64,000 nt of DNA, taken from assembly GCA_963778115.1 (NCBI GenBank), contig CAVZSV010000004.1, positions 1,696,001 to 1,760,000 on the forward strand, in the 5' to 3' direction. Shown here piece after piece: positions 60,916 to 64,000 of the stretch. Origin of the DNA: an uncultured delta proteobacterium. GTDB taxonomy: Bacteria; Bdellovibrionota; FAC87; UBA2466. The notes beneath the pieces are model-generated. The model did not search any database. It was given only the letters and a program-made list of their open reading frames with translations, and was not told where the DNA came from. How positions within the stretch are numbered: position 1 is the first letter of the stretch; each line of letters opens with the position of its first letter. The position numbers and the translations under genes were made by a program.

Positions 60916-63051
60916 TCAGTATCTAAGCTGCATCTCCTCGAACAAGAAGGCTAGGACGTCAGCTTGCTGATCGATTTGTGCCTTTAGCGGCATTCCAGAT
61001 CCATGCCCGGCCGCAAAATCTACTCGCAAAAGAACAGGTTTTTTGCCGCCCAAAGCCTGAAGCCGGGCCGCCATCTTTTTTGACTGGTAGGGGTTAACTC
61101 GTCCGTCATTGGCGCCGGTCAATAAAAGAATACTAGGATAATCGCCCTTCTTTACAACGTGGTGGTACGGCGAATAAGCGTAAAGCGCCTTGAACTGCTC
61201 GGGATCTTTAACCGTTCCAAATTCGGTTACGTTAAAACTTCCGTTCGGATCCAGCTCTACTCGAAGCATATCGTAAATTCCCACGTGAGCCACGACGGTT
61301 TGAAAAAGCTCTGGACGCTGAGTCAGAGCAGCTCCCATCAAAAGACCTCCGGCGCTTCCGCCTTCTATGGCCAGTTTATCGCGACGGGTATATTTTGCGT
61401 GAATCAGATATTCCGCAACCGCAATAAAATCATCAAAAACGTTTTGCTTCTTTGTGAGCTTGCCCTGCTCGTGCCACTCTTCCCCAAACTCACCGCCACC
61501 TCTTAAGTTGGCGATGGCAATGACTCCTCCTTTTTTCAACCAGAGATGAACTTCGGGAGAGAAATAGGGCGATAAGCTGACTCCATAAGTTCCATAGCCT
61601 CTAAGAATCGTAGGCCGCGCTCCATCCTGTTTACTCTTCTTGCTCATTAAAATGTTTACGGGAACTTTCGTTCCATCCTTTGACGTCGCAAATTCTCGTT
61701 TCACTACAATGTCGGAAAAATCCACGGGAGATTGCGAAGACAGGCCGATTTTCTCAAGGGAAAATCCTTTGGAGGCTTGAACTTGATACCAGGTCGCCGG
61801 CATGACATAGGATTCGTTTTCCAAAAGAAAATCGTCCCCCGTCGTCGTGGTGAAGCCGTGGATAACCGACACCGGTGGAAGAGGAATTATTTTGCTCTTT
61901 CCGGTAGCTAATTCAAATTGGCGTAATTGGTGCGGGCCGCCCACGAGATCGATAGAATAAAGATAATGGTCAGTCGCTACCAGTTGCTGAATGACGACGT
62001 CCGAAGCAGGCACCACCTCTTTCGCCTTAGCAAGTTCTGGTTTTTCTAAATCGAGCACCAGAATCTTCTTATGGGGGGCGCCATCTCGCGAAAGAAGATA
62101 GAGATCGTTATGCCGGCCGAAGACGGCGTCCACGACGTTATCGGTAAATTTTGCGACCTGGGTCCAGTCCCCCTTTTTATTTCTAAGGTAGTAAGCAAAC
62201 TCTCCTCCGTCGCCGTTCTTAACTTCGGCGACAACGTAATCGCCTTGTCGAGGCGTAAAGAGAGCGGTTTCGGAAATCCTGGGAAAGTCTTTTCCTAGCT
62301 CATAAGTGTCTTGAGTGACGGGAGTACCAAACTTATGAAAATAGACCTGCTGGTAAAAACGCAAATCGGCATCGGCGCGTTCTCCGGGTGCCGGATATCT
62401 CGTGTAGTAAACGCCAGTGCCCTCTGGATTCCAGGCCACACTTCCTCCCGCCGTAGGAAATTTCACGCGTGGTAGGGGTTCGGCGACCTCTTTACCGGTC
62501 GCGGTCTCATAAAAATGGACGGTTCCAGCCTCCGTTCCGGCTTGAGAGAGCGAAATGGCAACATGGCTCCCGTCGCGCGAAGGGGAATAGAAATCGATAG
62601 TGGTAAGCCCTGAAGAATCCATCAGACTGGGATCCAAGATGACGTGCTCTTGCTTGGGATTTCCGTCGGGAGGCAGACGGACCAATAGATTTTGCGACTC
62701 GGGAGGCTGGTGCTTCATCGCAAAGACAATTCCGTTTCTAAATCCCAAGGAGAAGTAAACCGGTGACTTAAACAGCGCCCATTCCTCCAGTTGTTTTCGA
62801 ATCTTGGGACGGGAGGGCAATCTATTCAGCCAACTGCGCGAGTATTGGGCCTCATCTTCGGTCCATTTCTTAACCTTGGCGTCGGAAGCGTCTTCCAGCC
62901 AGCGGTAGTCATCGACGACCTTGACGCCGTGATACTCATCGGTAACAGGATGTTTCTCAGTAGTGGGCGGCCTCAACATGGTGAGTGACGAACTCGATCT
63001 GGAAACAAATAGACTCAGCGCAAAAAGGAGGAAAGAGATTTTTGATTTCAT
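60916..63051 (-). CDS. Secreted prolyl oligopeptidase (S9A)
   Basis: DDYRWLED, NLRGGGEFG, GGSAGG (Ser), DGRV (Asp) and AGHG (His) motifs. Confidence 0.96.
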   Translation of the reverse strand: MKSKISFLLFALSLFVSRSSSSLTMLRPPTTEKHPVTDEYHGVKVVDDYRWLEDASDAKVKKWTEDEAQYSRSWLNRLPSRPKIRKQLEEWALFKSPVYFSLGFRNGIVFAMKHQPPESQNLLVRLPPDGNPKQEHVILDPSLMDSSGLTTIDFYSPSRDGSHVAISLSQAGTEAGTVHFYETATGKEVAEPLPRVKFPTAGGSVAWNPEGTGVYYTRYPAPGERADADLRFYQQVYFHKFGTPVTQDTYELGKDFPRISETALFTPRQGDYVVAEVKNGDGGEFAYYLRNKKGDWTQVAKFTDNVVDAVFGRHNDLYLLSRDGAPHKKILVLDLEKPELAKAKEVVPASDVVIQQLVATDHYLYSIDLVGGPHQLRQFELATGKSKIIPLPPVSVIHGFTTTTGDDFLLENESYVMPATWYQVQASKGFSLEKIGLSSQSPVDFSDIVVKREFATSKDGTKVPVNILMSKKSKQDGARPTILRGYGTYGVSLSPYFSPEVHLWLKKGGVIAIANLRGGGEFGEEWHEQGKLTKKQNVFDDFIAVAEYLIHAKYTRRDKLAIEGGSAGGLLMGAALTQRPELFQTVVAHVGIYDMLRVELDPNGSFNVTEFGTVKDPEQFKALYAYSPYHHVVKKGDYPSILLLTGANDGRVNPYQSKKMAARLQALGGKKPVLLRVDFAAGHGSGMPLKAQIDQQADVLAFLFEEMQLRY

Positions 63052-63188
63052 AGAGAAAGCTTGGATAGGGGAGTGGCTAACGTCAAGGCCAACATCCAAG
63101 AAAGGCGTTACTCATTTGATGACCGTGCCAGTTGTGGATTTCAGGTTGCCACGTTGCCCTGCGGGCTGCTCGCAATGACAGACAATGC

Positions 63189-64000
63189 TCAACTTCGAGT
63201 TTGACCGGTACCGTCCAAAAGCCACCGAACGCTTGTTAATTCCTTAAGGCCAACGGGGCCTCTGACATGAAGCTTTTGAGTACTTATCCCTAGCTCGCCC
63301 CCCAAGCCAAGTTCAAATCCATCGGTAAAACGCGTGGAAGCATTCCAATAGACGGCGGCAGCATCGATAGCTTGCTGAAACTGCCGAGCCGAAACCTCCG
63401 ATCGCGTTACAATGGCTTCACTGTGGCGAGAGCCGTGTGTTTCGATATGATCAATGGCTTGCTCCAAAGAGGAGACGACCTTACTATTCATTTTAAGATC
63501 GAGATATTCGGTATCCCAATGGACAGCTTGTGCTGCAAGAACTCTAGGCTTGCCTTGCAACGTTTGTAAGGTGCGGCTGCAGCCAAACCATTCCACCCCT
63601 TTTATGGAAAGCGCTTCATAGAGAAGAGGTAGAAACTTTTCCTGAACGGCGGAATGGACCAAAAGCGTCTCCATCGCGTTACAAACTCCGGGTCGTTGCG
63701 TTTTCGCATTTACCACAAGGTTCTGCGCCATAGTGAGATCGGCATCCTCATGGACATAGATGTGGCAAAGCCCCCGATCATTTTTAATAATGGGAATGTG
63801 AGAATTCTTGACTACAAAATCGATAAGCCCCTCACCGCCTCTGGGAACCACCACGTCGATCCATTGACGCGCTTTTAGTAATTCCTCGAGTAGAGATCGA
63901 TCCGAGTCAGTAATTCCCCAGAACGTCGACGAAGCAAGACCGGAATCCTTCAAGGCTTGTTCGAGTAAAAGGTAAATGGCTTGTGTCGTGCGCATGGACT
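63189..64000 (-). CDS. proA: Gamma-glutamyl phosphate reductase (5' end outside window)
   Basis: PRGG, CNAMETLLVH, NASTRFTDG and ISTQKLHVRGPVGL motifs. Confidence 0.96.
   Translation of the reverse strand, partial: SMRTTQAIYLLLEQALKDSGLASSTFWGITDSDRSLLEELLKARQWIDVVVPRGGEGLIDFVVKNSHIPIIKNDRGLCHIYVHEDADLTMAQNLVVNAKTQRPGVCNAMETLLVHSAVQEKFLPLLYEALSIKGVEWFGCSRTLQTLQGKPRVLAAQAVHWDTEYLDLKMNSKVVSSLEQAIDHIETHGSRHSEAIVTRSEVSARQFQQAIDAAAVYWNASTRFTDGFELGLGGELGISTQKLHVRGPVGLKELTSVRWLLDGTGQTRS

Overview
Bacterial chromosomal window of roughly 48-50% GC (estimated by eye). The gene content (TIGR02147/DUF4423 protein, BlaI plus M56-SLT fusion, many secreted orphans and hydrolases) resembles Bdellovibrionota or related deltaproteobacteria; this is an inference. 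Positions 1-23.7 kb hold a Wzc/Wzy-type surface-polysaccharide locus with nonulosonic-acid enzymes, several tailoring enzymes and unusually mixed gene orientation. Positions 23.8-64 kb hold secreted hydrolases and orphans, infA with an RRM gene, tRNA-Arg(ACG), LysR with a cytochrome c peroxidase, tadA, BlaI/M56-SLT with a clear double operator, a thiolase, a FosA-like gene, a prolyl oligopeptidase and a partial proA. The strongest candidates for something new are (1) a sigma-70-family protein with a Sec-type signal peptide and a degenerate promoter-melting region, possibly an exported effector or decoy, and (2) a secreted pre-pro-protein with a ~94-aa Gly/Tyr-rich tail, directly upstream of an atypical subtilase. 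At least four genes are split by short indels, so sequencing errors are likely. I saw no CRISPR array, integrase or IS element. All family assignments come from recognising motifs; no database searches were run.
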